A stretch of 24,000 nt of DNA, taken from the NCBI GenBank assembly GCA_021323375.2, contig JAJPCT020000025.1:1-24000 (forward strand), written 5' to 3'. This DNA comes from Candidatus Wolframiiraptor gerlachensis. Its GTDB lineage: Archaea; Thermoproteota; Nitrososphaeria_A; Caldarchaeales; Wolframiiraptoraceae. The notes under the pieces were generated by a model. That model did no database searches and was not told the origin of the DNA. It saw nothing but the letters and a program-made list of their open reading frames with translations. Position 1 is the first letter of the stretch. Every line of letters begins with the position of its first letter. This document shows, in pieces, positions 8,761 through 16,498 of the stretch. A program made the position numbers and the translations under genes.

Positions 8761-10443
8761 GTGAAGCTCGGGGAGAAGGTTCTCGTTACGGCGGCTCTCC
8801 CGTATTCCTATGCTCCTAGACATTTTGGCCACCTAGCTGGAGCCTATCTTCCAGCCGATATCTTTGCTAGGTTTAAGCGGATGAGGGGGGCCGAGGTTGT
8901 CTATGTCTGCGGGACGGATGAGAATGCGAGCAGCATAGTGATAGAGGCTATGAGGAGGGGAATGACGCCGAAGGAGCTCTGCGACATGTATTACCCGATC
9001 CAGAAGGAGGTCTTCGAGAAGCTGGGGATAAGTTTCGACATCTTCTCTAGGACGAGCAAGCCCATACATTATCAGGTTGTCAGGGAGTTTTATCTAAGGC
9101 TCTGGGAGAAGGGATACGTCTACCCGAAGGTGATTAAGCAGTGGTGGTGCCCGAACTGCAAGATCTTCCTCCCTGACAGGTTCGTGGTCGGCACGTGTCC
9201 GAGATGCGGCGCGCCCGGCCAGTATGGCGACGTCTGCGAGGTCTGCGGATCATGGTATGAATCCTTCGAGATAATAGATCCCAAGTGCTCGCTATGCAGG
9301 TCAAGGCCCGAGATAAGGGAGAAGACCCATTTCTTCCTCAAGTTAAGCGCCCTGACAGAGAAGGTCCTCGAGTATGTTAGGGATAAGAAGTTCTGGAGGA
9401 AGGCCACATATAACAAGACCATCGCCTGGCTCGAGAAGGAGGGGCTGAGGGACAAGGATATTACAAGGGATTATAGCTGGGGGCCTCCAGCGCCATTCCC
9501 CGGAGCCGAGGGCCAGGTGATCTATAATTGGGCCGAGAACCTCCTCGGATACATCTCAGCGACTAGGGATTGGGCCGAGAATATTGTGGGCGACCCTGAG
9601 AGGTGGAAGAGCTTCTGGATGGATAAGAATGTCAAGTTATACTGCTTCATCGGTAAGGATAACCTCTTTTTCCACACAATCCTCTTCCCGGCGCTCCTCA
9701 TCGCCCATGGAGAGTACATACTGCCATACAACGTGGTTGTCAACGAGTTCGTGAATCTAGAGGGCGAGAAGCTCTCAACCAGCCGTGGATGGGTTGTCTG
9801 GCTCCATGAACTGCTCGAGAGATACGATCCCGACGTGATCAGGTATTATGCAGCGGCAATAGCCCCCGAGACGAGGGACACGGACTTCAAGTGGCAGGAC
9901 TTCGCCGAGAAGATAAACGGCGAGCTCATCGGCACATATGGAAACTTCGTCCACAGGGTTCTAAGCTTCACCTATTCCAAGATGGGCGGGGTCATCCCAC
10001 AGCCCGGGGAGATGGATAAGCGGGATGAGGAGATGCTTAGCCGGAGGATAGAGTATGCGAGGATGCTCGAGGAGCATATTGAGGCATGCGAGTTCAGGAA
10101 GGGGCTGAGGACCATCCTCGACCTAGCGCAGGAAGGCAACGCTTACATGAATGAGAAGGCGCCATGGAGTAATCCGGAGAAGGCCAGGACGCCTGTTTAC
10201 GTGCTCTGCCAGGTGGTCTACTCGCTGGCAGTCATCTCGGCGCCCTACCTCCCATTCACTGCCCAGAGGATCCTCGATTACATGAATACTGGGAAAAGAG
10301 TGTCAGAGCTTAGATGGAGTGATGCCGAGGCCATGATACCGCCGGGGCACAGGATAAACGAGCCTAAACCCCTCTTCAGAAAAATAACAAGTGAGGAGGT
10401 TGAGGAGCAGGTGCGGAAGCTTTTTGAGAGATTAAAAAAATAG
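8761..10443 (+). CDS. metG: Methionyl-tRNA synthetase
   Basis: 560 aa, GTG start with upstream GAGGGGTG; LVTAALPYSYAPRHFGHLAGAYLPADIFARFKRM, CGTDENA, CPNCKIFLPDRFVVGTCPRCG zinc knuckles, EKLSTSRGWVVW (KMSKS-equivalent region). Confidence 0.97.
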   Translation: MKLGEKVLVTAALPYSYAPRHFGHLAGAYLPADIFARFKRMRGAEVVYVCGTDENASSIVIEAMRRGMTPKELCDMYYPIQKEVFEKLGISFDIFSRTSKPIHYQVVREFYLRLWEKGYVYPKVIKQWWCPNCKIFLPDRFVVGTCPRCGAPGQYGDVCEVCGSWYESFEIIDPKCSLCRSRPEIREKTHFFLKLSALTEKVLEYVRDKKFWRKATYNKTIAWLEKEGLRDKDITRDYSWGPPAPFPGAEGQVIYNWAENLLGYISATRDWAENIVGDPERWKSFWMDKNVKLYCFIGKDNLFFHTILFPALLIAHGEYILPYNVVVNEFVNLEGEKLSTSRGWVVWLHELLERYDPDVIRYYAAAIAPETRDTDFKWQDFAEKINGELIGTYGNFVHRVLSFTYSKMGGVIPQPGEMDKRDEEMLSRRIEYARMLEEHIEACEFRKGLRTILDLAQEGNAYMNEKAPWSNPEKARTPVYVLCQVVYSLAVISAPYLPFTAQRILDYMNTGKRVSELRWSDAEAMIPPGHRINEPKPLFRKITSEEVEEQVRKLFERLKK

Positions 10444-10444
10444 T

Positions 10445-11497
10445 TTAGATGGATTTTATTCCAAGGTCCTCGAGTATCTCCTCTATCTCGTCCTCCTCCA
10501 GCGGCTTCGGCTCCTCCTTTGCCTTGAGGAGCTCTGTGCTCTCGACGCCTGTCAAGATTAGCGAGACCTCGAGCGTTGAGTCGAGCGAGCTGTCTATCCT
10601 CGCGCCCCAGATCACCAGCGCCTCCTCGCCCATGAGCTCCGAGACTATCTCAGCCGGCCTCGCCGCCTCGCTAAGCTTCATGTCATCGCCGCCCGAGACA
10701 TGGATTATCGCGCCCGACAAGCCCTCATAGGTTATGTCGAGGAGTGGGCACTGGAGGGCCATGAAGGTCGCCTCCTCAGCCCTATTCGGCGTCGATGACT
10801 TCCCTATCCCAAGGGCCGCAAGCTTCCCCCTGCTCATAATGGTCTTAAAGTCCGCGTAGTCTATGTTTATCAGGCTGGGCTTGGCGATCGACTCCGTTAT
10901 GCTCAGCACCATATTGCTTATCACCTCATCCGCGAGGCTGAATGCTGCCTTCAAGCTATACTGCGGATAGAGCTCGAGCAGCTTGTTATTGTCTATCGCG
11001 ACAACTGTGTGGCATTTCTCCCGCATGTCCTCAAGGCCCTTCAACGCGATCCTCTTCCTCACGTTCCCCTCGAACTTGAATGGAAGCGTGACGACCCCTA
11101 TCACGATCGCTCCAAGCTCCCTAGCTATCTCGGCGACGAGGGGCGCTCCGCCGGTTCCGGTGCCGCCGCCGAGGCCCGCCGACACGAATACTATGTCCGA
11201 GCCCTCCAGCGCCGCCCTGACCTCGTCTATGGACTCCTCTACAGCAGCTCTCCCGAGCTCCGGGTTTCCGCCCGTCCCCCGGAACTTCGTCGTACCCTTG
11301 CCAAGGAGGATCTTCTCGTGAGCGTTGATGAGCTCCAGGTGCTGTGCATCAGTGTTCGCAGCCACGATCTTTACTCCCTTCAACTTCATCGCGAGAACTC
11401 TATCAGCGGTGTTGCAGCCAGCTCCTCCAACGCCTATCAGCGTTATCTTCACGTCATCGGAGAAGTCTCTCCCAAAGAGAAGTAGGTCGTCATTCAC
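10445..11497 (-). CDS. ftsZ: Cell division GTPase FtsZ
   Basis: 350 aa, GTG start; ITLIGVGGAGCNTADRV, VAANTDAQHL, tubulin signature SAGLGGGTGTGGAP, VVTLPFKFEG, conserved C-terminal tail EEDEIEEILEDLGIKSI. Confidence 0.98.
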   Translation of the reverse strand: MNDDLLLFGRDFSDDVKITLIGVGGAGCNTADRVLAMKLKGVKIVAANTDAQHLELINAHEKILLGKGTTKFRGTGGNPELGRAAVEESIDEVRAALEGSDIVFVSAGLGGGTGTGGAPLVAEIARELGAIVIGVVTLPFKFEGNVRKRIALKGLEDMREKCHTVVAIDNNKLLELYPQYSLKAAFSLADEVISNMVLSITESIAKPSLINIDYADFKTIMSRGKLAALGIGKSSTPNRAEEATFMALQCPLLDITYEGLSGAIIHVSGGDDMKLSEAARPAEIVSELMGEEALVIWGARIDSSLDSTLEVSLILTGVESTELLKAKEEPKPLEEDEIEEILEDLGIKSI

Positions 11498-11636
11498 CCC
11501 TCATTGCCTCCTCCATTATGAAATCTCTAATAGCCATTCTAATTGCCTCAGCCCGGTTTGGGTAAAGCCTTTTCCTAACCAATTGATCTATTGCCTCTAT
11601 GTATGCTTCTGGGAGATGAACTGTTACAACCCTCAC
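11490..11636 (-). CDS. Small ribbon-helix-helix DNA-binding protein, CdrS-like, overlapping the 5' end of ftsZ
   Basis: Below the length cut-off of the ORF track. Reverse-strand translation from GTG 11636: MRVVTVHLPEAYIEAIDQLVRKRLYPNRAEAIRMAIRDFIMEEAMRGE*. It has an RHH beta strand plus the YPNRAEAIRxAIRDF helix pattern. AGGAGGTG lies upstream; alternative in-frame GTG starts are at 11642 and 11645. The stop overlaps the ftsZ GTG by 8 bp. Confidence 0.88.
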   Translation of the reverse strand: MRVVTVHLPEAYIEAIDQLVRKRLYPNRAEAIRMAIRDFIMEEAMRGE

Positions 11637-11799
11637 CCCCACCACCTCCTGACAGGGGAGGGGGCGTGTTTGGAGATAAAGCCGTTAGTAATACAGGCGT
11701 ATGTGTTTGGGCGGTGTTATGACTATGTTAAGCCCCTAACTTGATATCAAAAAATGATTAAAACTTGCCTGGCCAACAGCTTAGATCGCCGGAGGTGAG

Positions 11800-12243
11800 T
11801 TGCTGATAATCGGAAAATATAGGAGGATCGAGCTTCTCGAAGAATTCGAGGAGCTAGTCGAGAACCTTAGAAGGGATTCTGAGGATGGTGTTCCGATAAT
11901 TGTCGAGGGCGAGAGAGACGTTAGAAGCCTCAGGATCCTCGGGATCATGGGCGAGATAATACCGGTCAAATCCATCAGGGGGCTGAGGAGAAGGCTTGAG
12001 GCGAAAGATGTTAAAAGCGTGATCCTATTATTCGACTTAGATCAAGAGGGCGAGAAGCTGATGAGGCTGGTTAAGAGGAGTTTGGAGGGCGTTGTCGGCG
12101 AGATAAACACGAGATACTGGCTCAGGCTAAAGACATTCAAGAAGCTGGGATTCACGCAGGTGGAGCATCTTCACCTTGTTCCTGAGAAGATTCGGGCTCC
12201 CTCTCGCGGCGAAGAAGCCCCCTCAAGGCGAAGAAGAGGTTGA
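11800..12243 (+). CDS. Small Toprim-domain protein (RNase M5/primase-like)
   Basis: 147 aa, TTG start preceded by GGAGGTGA; VPIIVEGERDVRSLRILGIMGEIIPVKS and VILLFDLDQEGEKLMRLVKRSLEG are the Toprim E and DxD-type motifs. Confidence 0.82.
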   Translation: MLIIGKYRRIELLEEFEELVENLRRDSEDGVPIIVEGERDVRSLRILGIMGEIIPVKSIRGLRRRLEAKDVKSVILLFDLDQEGEKLMRLVKRSLEGVVGEINTRYWLRLKTFKKLGFTQVEHLHLVPEKIRAPSRGEEAPSRRRRG

Positions 12244-12700
12244 TGGCTATTAGGCCGACGAGAAGAAGCATTCCATATGGTGGATAGATCTCGCCCGAAA
12301 GGAATAGTGATAGATATCCTATCCCGGTCCAGTATGGTATCTTGAAGCCCGTCCATTTTCCAACGATACTCCTGTATGGGATTGGAGACCATGGATCAAT
12401 TCCAGCATTCGCGTCGCCCCTCGTATATACCCCCTCCTCTGTTATATGGACAACCCTATGAACCACGAGGTTTCCATACCAGGGGTTCCAGAAGACTATC
12501 ACGTCTCCCACCTTTATGTCCTCGGGGCTGGCCGGCTCTATTACTATCACGTCCCCGACCCTTAGCGTCGGCTCCATGCTCCCCGACTTGACGACCAGCA
12601 GCGGCGTAATATTTCCAGAAACCCTGTAGACGATCACCATCAATAGTAGCAGGGTTAGTATTATGAGGGCAATGTCGGCCGCCGAGATCCGCCGAGCCAT
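12152..12700 (-). CDS. Archaeal type I signal peptidase (S26B-like)
   Basis: LLVVKSGSMEPTLRVGDVIVIEPASPEDIKVGDVIVFWNP...LVVHRVVHITEEGVYTRGDANAGIDPWSPIP: catalytic Ser in SGSMEPT, conserved HRV and GDAN. Start chosen at ATG 12700 (MARRISAADIAL); the track start at 12796 adds an unlikely hydrophilic extension. Confidence 0.93.
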   Translation of the reverse strand: MARRISAADIALIILTLLLLMVIVYRVSGNITPLLVVKSGSMEPTLRVGDVIVIEPASPEDIKVGDVIVFWNPWYGNLVVHRVVHITEEGVYTRGDANAGIDPWSPIPYRSIVGKWTGFKIPYWTGIGYLSLFLSGEIYPPYGMLLLVGLIAINLFFALRGLLRREREPESSQEQGEDAPPA

Positions 12701-12716
12701 GATATCATCCCCTTCT

Positions 12717-15431
12717 CTAGATCCTTGGAGCCCTTCTAACCCTCCTCGGCTCCCTCCTAGGTTGCTGCCTTCCACGTGGAAGCCTTGAGATCGCATAGCC
12801 CGAAATCATGAGGTTTATGGCGCTCGCCACGATCGTCATCTCGAAACCCATCTTGTATGGGGCCGGGCGCAGAAAGCTCAACGACTTCGACTTCTCAACA
12901 GTAAGCCTGAAGCCATATGTCTCGTTGCCTATTTTTAGGATGGCATTATAGTTCTCTGCTGCTGGCAGTAGCAGCCTAATTGTCCCATCAGCTCCGCTAA
13001 CCGCCTCAGCTATCACGTCCATCTCATCCTCGACGATGAGACTTGCGCCGCCAACTGCCCTTCCATCCGGATTCCTCACCAAGATCTCAACAGGATAAAT
13101 CGTAGAGTATATCGTGAGACCCAGCATTGATTTCTCCAGATACGTGTTAAAGAGGCCAGCATTCCTTCCCCTATACTTTATCTCAACCCTGACATCTCCC
13201 TCGGGGAGCCTCTCGAGTATCTTGTTTTTCTCAGCTAGGTTATATGTCTCGAGCAGCATGTTGTTGACGTAGAGCATGGCTAACCCCTCTTCTAGGGGCT
13301 TTCCATCACCTCTAAGGATCCCAGCCTCAAAGCTGTGGACAGAACATGTTATCGCCACCTTCATATCGTCCCTGACGAGATCTATCTCGCTCGGCTCGAT
13401 CTGGAGCTTTATACCCCTATAGAACGCCGCGATGCTAAGAGTTATGTTTGGCAGGTTCTTGAAGACTGCCCGTCCATCCTCGCCTATATCGCCCTCAAAC
13501 TCGTATTCGCCGAAGGAGACTACTGCTCTGCCCTGATCCAAGGACTTCTTATCGGAATCGAGGAATATGAGCTCGAGATCAAGCACCCCGGGGGCCTTAA
13601 GCTCGAGGAGCCTATTCTCTGGCGAGATCTCCACATAATCCTCCAAGACCTTGAAGCCATAATATGTCACGATTAGGCTATACTCACCGAGCGGCAGATC
13701 TCCTACAAGCAGGGTTCCATTCCCGAGATACCTGCCCGACCTAGAGAATTTCCCATGCATGAGTGTGAGTGATATGTTTCCGAGGGCTGCCTCCCCATCC
13801 CTATCAAATATCTTGAAGTATATGTTTCTCAAGAAGAGCCTCATCATTATGCTCTTATCAGCGGTCAGGTCTATGGTCTCTACCCCAGTGGGCATCCCAT
13901 CAATATAGGCCTCGAGCCTATATGTTAGCGGGAGCAATCTTCCGGGCGACCCCCGGCCATCCACACCAGTCTTGAATGACGTGATTCTCCCGACACCCTC
14001 GAGCACCACGACTATATCGGCGCTCACAGGCTCATCATCCAAGTTCATGGTTGTGATGTTCAGCCTGTAGCCCTTCATGTTCAGCCACAGGACCTGATTT
14101 TCCTCGATTATCCTCAGGCCCTCAGCCCTGAAAACCTCCCTCCCCGAGTAGAAGAGGGATGCTACATATTCGTCGAACTTGGGGACGTTCATTATGCTCG
14201 CCTCCCAGTCCTTTGTCTGGAACTCGAATCTCAGGCCCGGTGCCCTCAGCTCCCCCACGAGGGACTTGGTGATAGAGGCGTTCATAATGGCCGATGCGTT
14301 CACCCTTATCTCGATATCATAGAACCAAGCTTTCACAGTACCCTCGGCCGACTCATCCTTGACCTCATACTTGCCAGAGTATACTGTTATTTCTCCGAGC
14401 ATTATCTTGAGATCATAGTTCTCGAATGGGGTGTGACCGAAGCGGATGACGCCGTTCTCGGATGAGGCTGACCCAACCTCACGACCATCCTTAAACAGCT
14501 TCCCGGCGAAAGTATAATCCTTTAGAATATCCTCGCCATCATAATCCATCACCGTGATATTGAGCTTGATCGCGTTAACAACTATCTTCTCCAAGACATC
14601 ATCATTGAGAACCTTGATTTCCCTCTCGCTCGACGTATATACTGTTATGCCCTTGAGCCTAGCAATGACATAATACTCGGTATTTGTCGGGATCAGCTTC
14701 ATTGTAGCCAAACCATTAGAATCGCTCGTCGCAGTCGCCGCAGGGCTCTTACCAAGCTCCTCCCTAAGCTCAACCTCAACACCCTCGACAGGAGAACCTT
14801 TCCTATCAACAATAGATAGCGACACCCTATAAAGGGGAAGGACTAATTTGGTCGCCTTCTCACGTGGAACTGGTTCGGCTCCAAGTGAGTAGTTATTCTT
14901 CCTGAACTCCACTATAACATCGTAATTTGAGTCAGATGGAATCGGGCCAAACTCCACCTTTCCACCCGAGTCCGTCGAGCCCGAATACTTTATTGTGTTA
15001 TTTGCTTTGTGAATTAAGAAGACTTTCGCGCCAGGGACAGGATCCCTCTCCTTCTTATCATAAACATATATCGTCCACTTGCTCATCACATTAACAGTAA
15101 TGTTCATTGATAGCGACACATTACTCATGACGATGCTATCACTTCCCACTAGATGTCCGGCTGGATAGTAAACATGAATAACATATGTCTGATTTAGACT
15201 TAAATCGGTAAAAGAAACTGCTCCGTCAGAGCCCGTCCTTTTTACGGCTTCTATGGTTTCATTCCTCAGTAGTTTTACGTAGGCATTTGCAAGAGGTTTC
15301 CCATCCATTGTATAGACCTTGATCTTTAGAGTTGGGCCGTCTTGAGCATGAGTAGGGGTTATAAGGTTTATCAAGAGTAGGAATGTGAGAAGGACAAGCA
15401 CCGCTAGTGCGATCTCTCTAGCTAATCGCAT
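12717..15431 (-). CDS. Large secreted/anchored protein with tandem Ig-like/carboxypeptidase-regulatory-like modules
   Basis: 904 aa; signal peptide MRLAREIALAVLVLLTFLLLINLITPTHAQ; recurring (D)xxGxPLxxAxVxLxxx...S.DGxxxFxxLPxxxYxVxxxYxG modules; hydrophobic C-terminal segment MTIVASAINLMISGYAI followed by an Arg-rich tail. Confidence 0.85.
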   Translation of the reverse strand: MRLAREIALAVLVLLTFLLLINLITPTHAQDGPTLKIKVYTMDGKPLANAYVKLLRNETIEAVKRTGSDGAVSFTDLSLNQTYVIHVYYPAGHLVGSDSIVMSNVSLSMNITVNVMSKWTIYVYDKKERDPVPGAKVFLIHKANNTIKYSGSTDSGGKVEFGPIPSDSNYDVIVEFRKNNYSLGAEPVPREKATKLVLPLYRVSLSIVDRKGSPVEGVEVELREELGKSPAATATSDSNGLATMKLIPTNTEYYVIARLKGITVYTSSEREIKVLNDDVLEKIVVNAIKLNITVMDYDGEDILKDYTFAGKLFKDGREVGSASSENGVIRFGHTPFENYDLKIMLGEITVYSGKYEVKDESAEGTVKAWFYDIEIRVNASAIMNASITKSLVGELRAPGLRFEFQTKDWEASIMNVPKFDEYVASLFYSGREVFRAEGLRIIEENQVLWLNMKGYRLNITTMNLDDEPVSADIVVVLEGVGRITSFKTGVDGRGSPGRLLPLTYRLEAYIDGMPTGVETIDLTADKSIMMRLFLRNIYFKIFDRDGEAALGNISLTLMHGKFSRSGRYLGNGTLLVGDLPLGEYSLIVTYYGFKVLEDYVEISPENRLLELKAPGVLDLELIFLDSDKKSLDQGRAVVSFGEYEFEGDIGEDGRAVFKNLPNITLSIAAFYRGIKLQIEPSEIDLVRDDMKVAITCSVHSFEAGILRGDGKPLEEGLAMLYVNNMLLETYNLAEKNKILERLPEGDVRVEIKYRGRNAGLFNTYLEKSMLGLTIYSTIYPVEILVRNPDGRAVGGASLIVEDEMDVIAEAVSGADGTIRLLLPAAENYNAILKIGNETYGFRLTVEKSKSLSFLRPAPYKMGFEMTIVASAINLMISGYAISRLPRGRQQPRREPRRVRRAPRI

Positions 15432-15505
15432 CTCTGTTTTCTTAATAGTTTTCGGCTTTAGATATATTTATGGGATTCGGCTTATGTTCCGCTGGTGGGA
15501 GCGTT

Positions 15506-15925
15506 ATGGTGGTGTATCAGGAGGAGGTTTCTTTTAGGACTCGGGGCGAGGGGGATGTTGTGGATATTACGGGTGAGGTTGAGCGGGTTGTTGAGAGGTC
15601 TGGTGTGAGGAGTGGCGTTGCCCATATCTTCGCGATCGGGTCCACCGCGGCGGTTTCGACGATAGAGTATGAGCCTGGACTTAGGGAAGATCTCTCGGCG
15701 GCCTTGGAGAGGATTGCGCCGAGGGATGCGGAGTATAAGCATCATCTCCGGTGGGGTGACTATAATGGCCATAGCCATGTTAGGGCGACCATTATTGGGC
15801 CGAGTCTCGAGGTGCCTGTGAGGAGTGGGAAACTCGTTCTCGGGACTTGGCAGCAGATAGTCTTCATAGAGCTTGATGTGAGGGCGAGGAGCAGGAGGGT
15901 TGTTGTCACGGTTATGGGCGAGTAG
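15506..15925 (+). CDS. YjbQ/UPF0047 family protein (secondary thiamine-phosphate synthase-type)
   Basis: GVRSGVAHIFAIGSTAAVSTIEYEPGLREDLSAALERIAP...YKHHLRWGDYNGHSHVRATIIGPSLEVPVRSGKLVLGTWQQIVFIELDVRARSRRVVVTVMG; typical GxxHVRAxxxGPS and LGTWQQIxFxExD.RxR signatures. Start chosen at ATG 15506. Confidence 0.95.
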   Translation: MVVYQEEVSFRTRGEGDVVDITGEVERVVERSGVRSGVAHIFAIGSTAAVSTIEYEPGLREDLSAALERIAPRDAEYKHHLRWGDYNGHSHVRATIIGPSLEVPVRSGKLVLGTWQQIVFIELDVRARSRRVVVTVMGE

Positions 15926-15931
15926 GCGGCA

Positions 15932-16498
15932 TTACCTCGCCTCGCTCGCCACAGTCTCGAGAGTCCACCTAACAGCATTAACTATCTCTCTCAGCCTATA
16001 CTCCTCCCTAAAGTTCCTCACTACTATCTCCTTGACCCTGTCTCCCTCATAGATTATATCGTAGTCGAGCTCGTGGCCCGGCGGTATCAAGCCCTTATCA
16101 ACGCGCTCTCGATCCGCCTTGCTCATGGACTCGAGAACCTTCTTCAATAGGAATGACTGGAGGGGCCTCGAGTCCCTCGTCAAGTTTATCCCGGGCTCGA
16201 TTAGGAACCTCACCTCATTAGGTGAGATGGCCACCCTCGCGAGGACCTCACCGGACCTCGACTTGAGAACCCTAAGCCTCTCCGCCTCCGGCTGCGGGGC
16301 TGGCGCCGGTGCTGGTGCTGATGGCTTGACGGGCCTCGCCTCAGTCGCCTTCTTGAAGCTTATGCTCGCCAGCTCCTCATCCACGAAGCTCCTCATACTC
16401 TCGAGGATCTCGAGCTCGTCTTGGAGCTCCTTTATCCTCCTCTCGATATACTCCTTTATCGCGGCTAGTGCTCGCGCTTTTTCAGAGTCCTCGCTCAT
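15932..16498 (-). CDS. Conserved archaeal protein of unknown function: coiled-coil N-terminus, Pro/Ala linker, C-terminal globular domain
   Basis: 188 aa; charged helical N-terminus IKEYIERRIKELQDELEILESMRSFVDEEL, linker PVKPSAPAPAPAPQP, C-terminal domain VLKSRSGEVLARVAISPNEVRFLIEPG...PLQSFLLKKVLESM...IVVRNFREEYRLREIVNAVRWTLE. ATGA overlap with the upstream ligase gene. Confidence 0.85.
   Translation of the reverse strand: MSEDSEKARALAAIKEYIERRIKELQDELEILESMRSFVDEELASISFKKATEARPVKPSAPAPAPAPQPEAERLRVLKSRSGEVLARVAISPNEVRFLIEPGINLTRDSRPLQSFLLKKVLESMSKADRERVDKGLIPPGHELDYDIIYEGDRVKEIVVRNFREEYRLREIVNAVRWTLETVASEAR

Noticed and set aside
11009-11485. 158-aa plus-strand ORF inside ftsZ
   Set aside because: Entirely antisense to a highly conserved ftsZ sequence; composition and lack of domain features indicate a shadow ORF.
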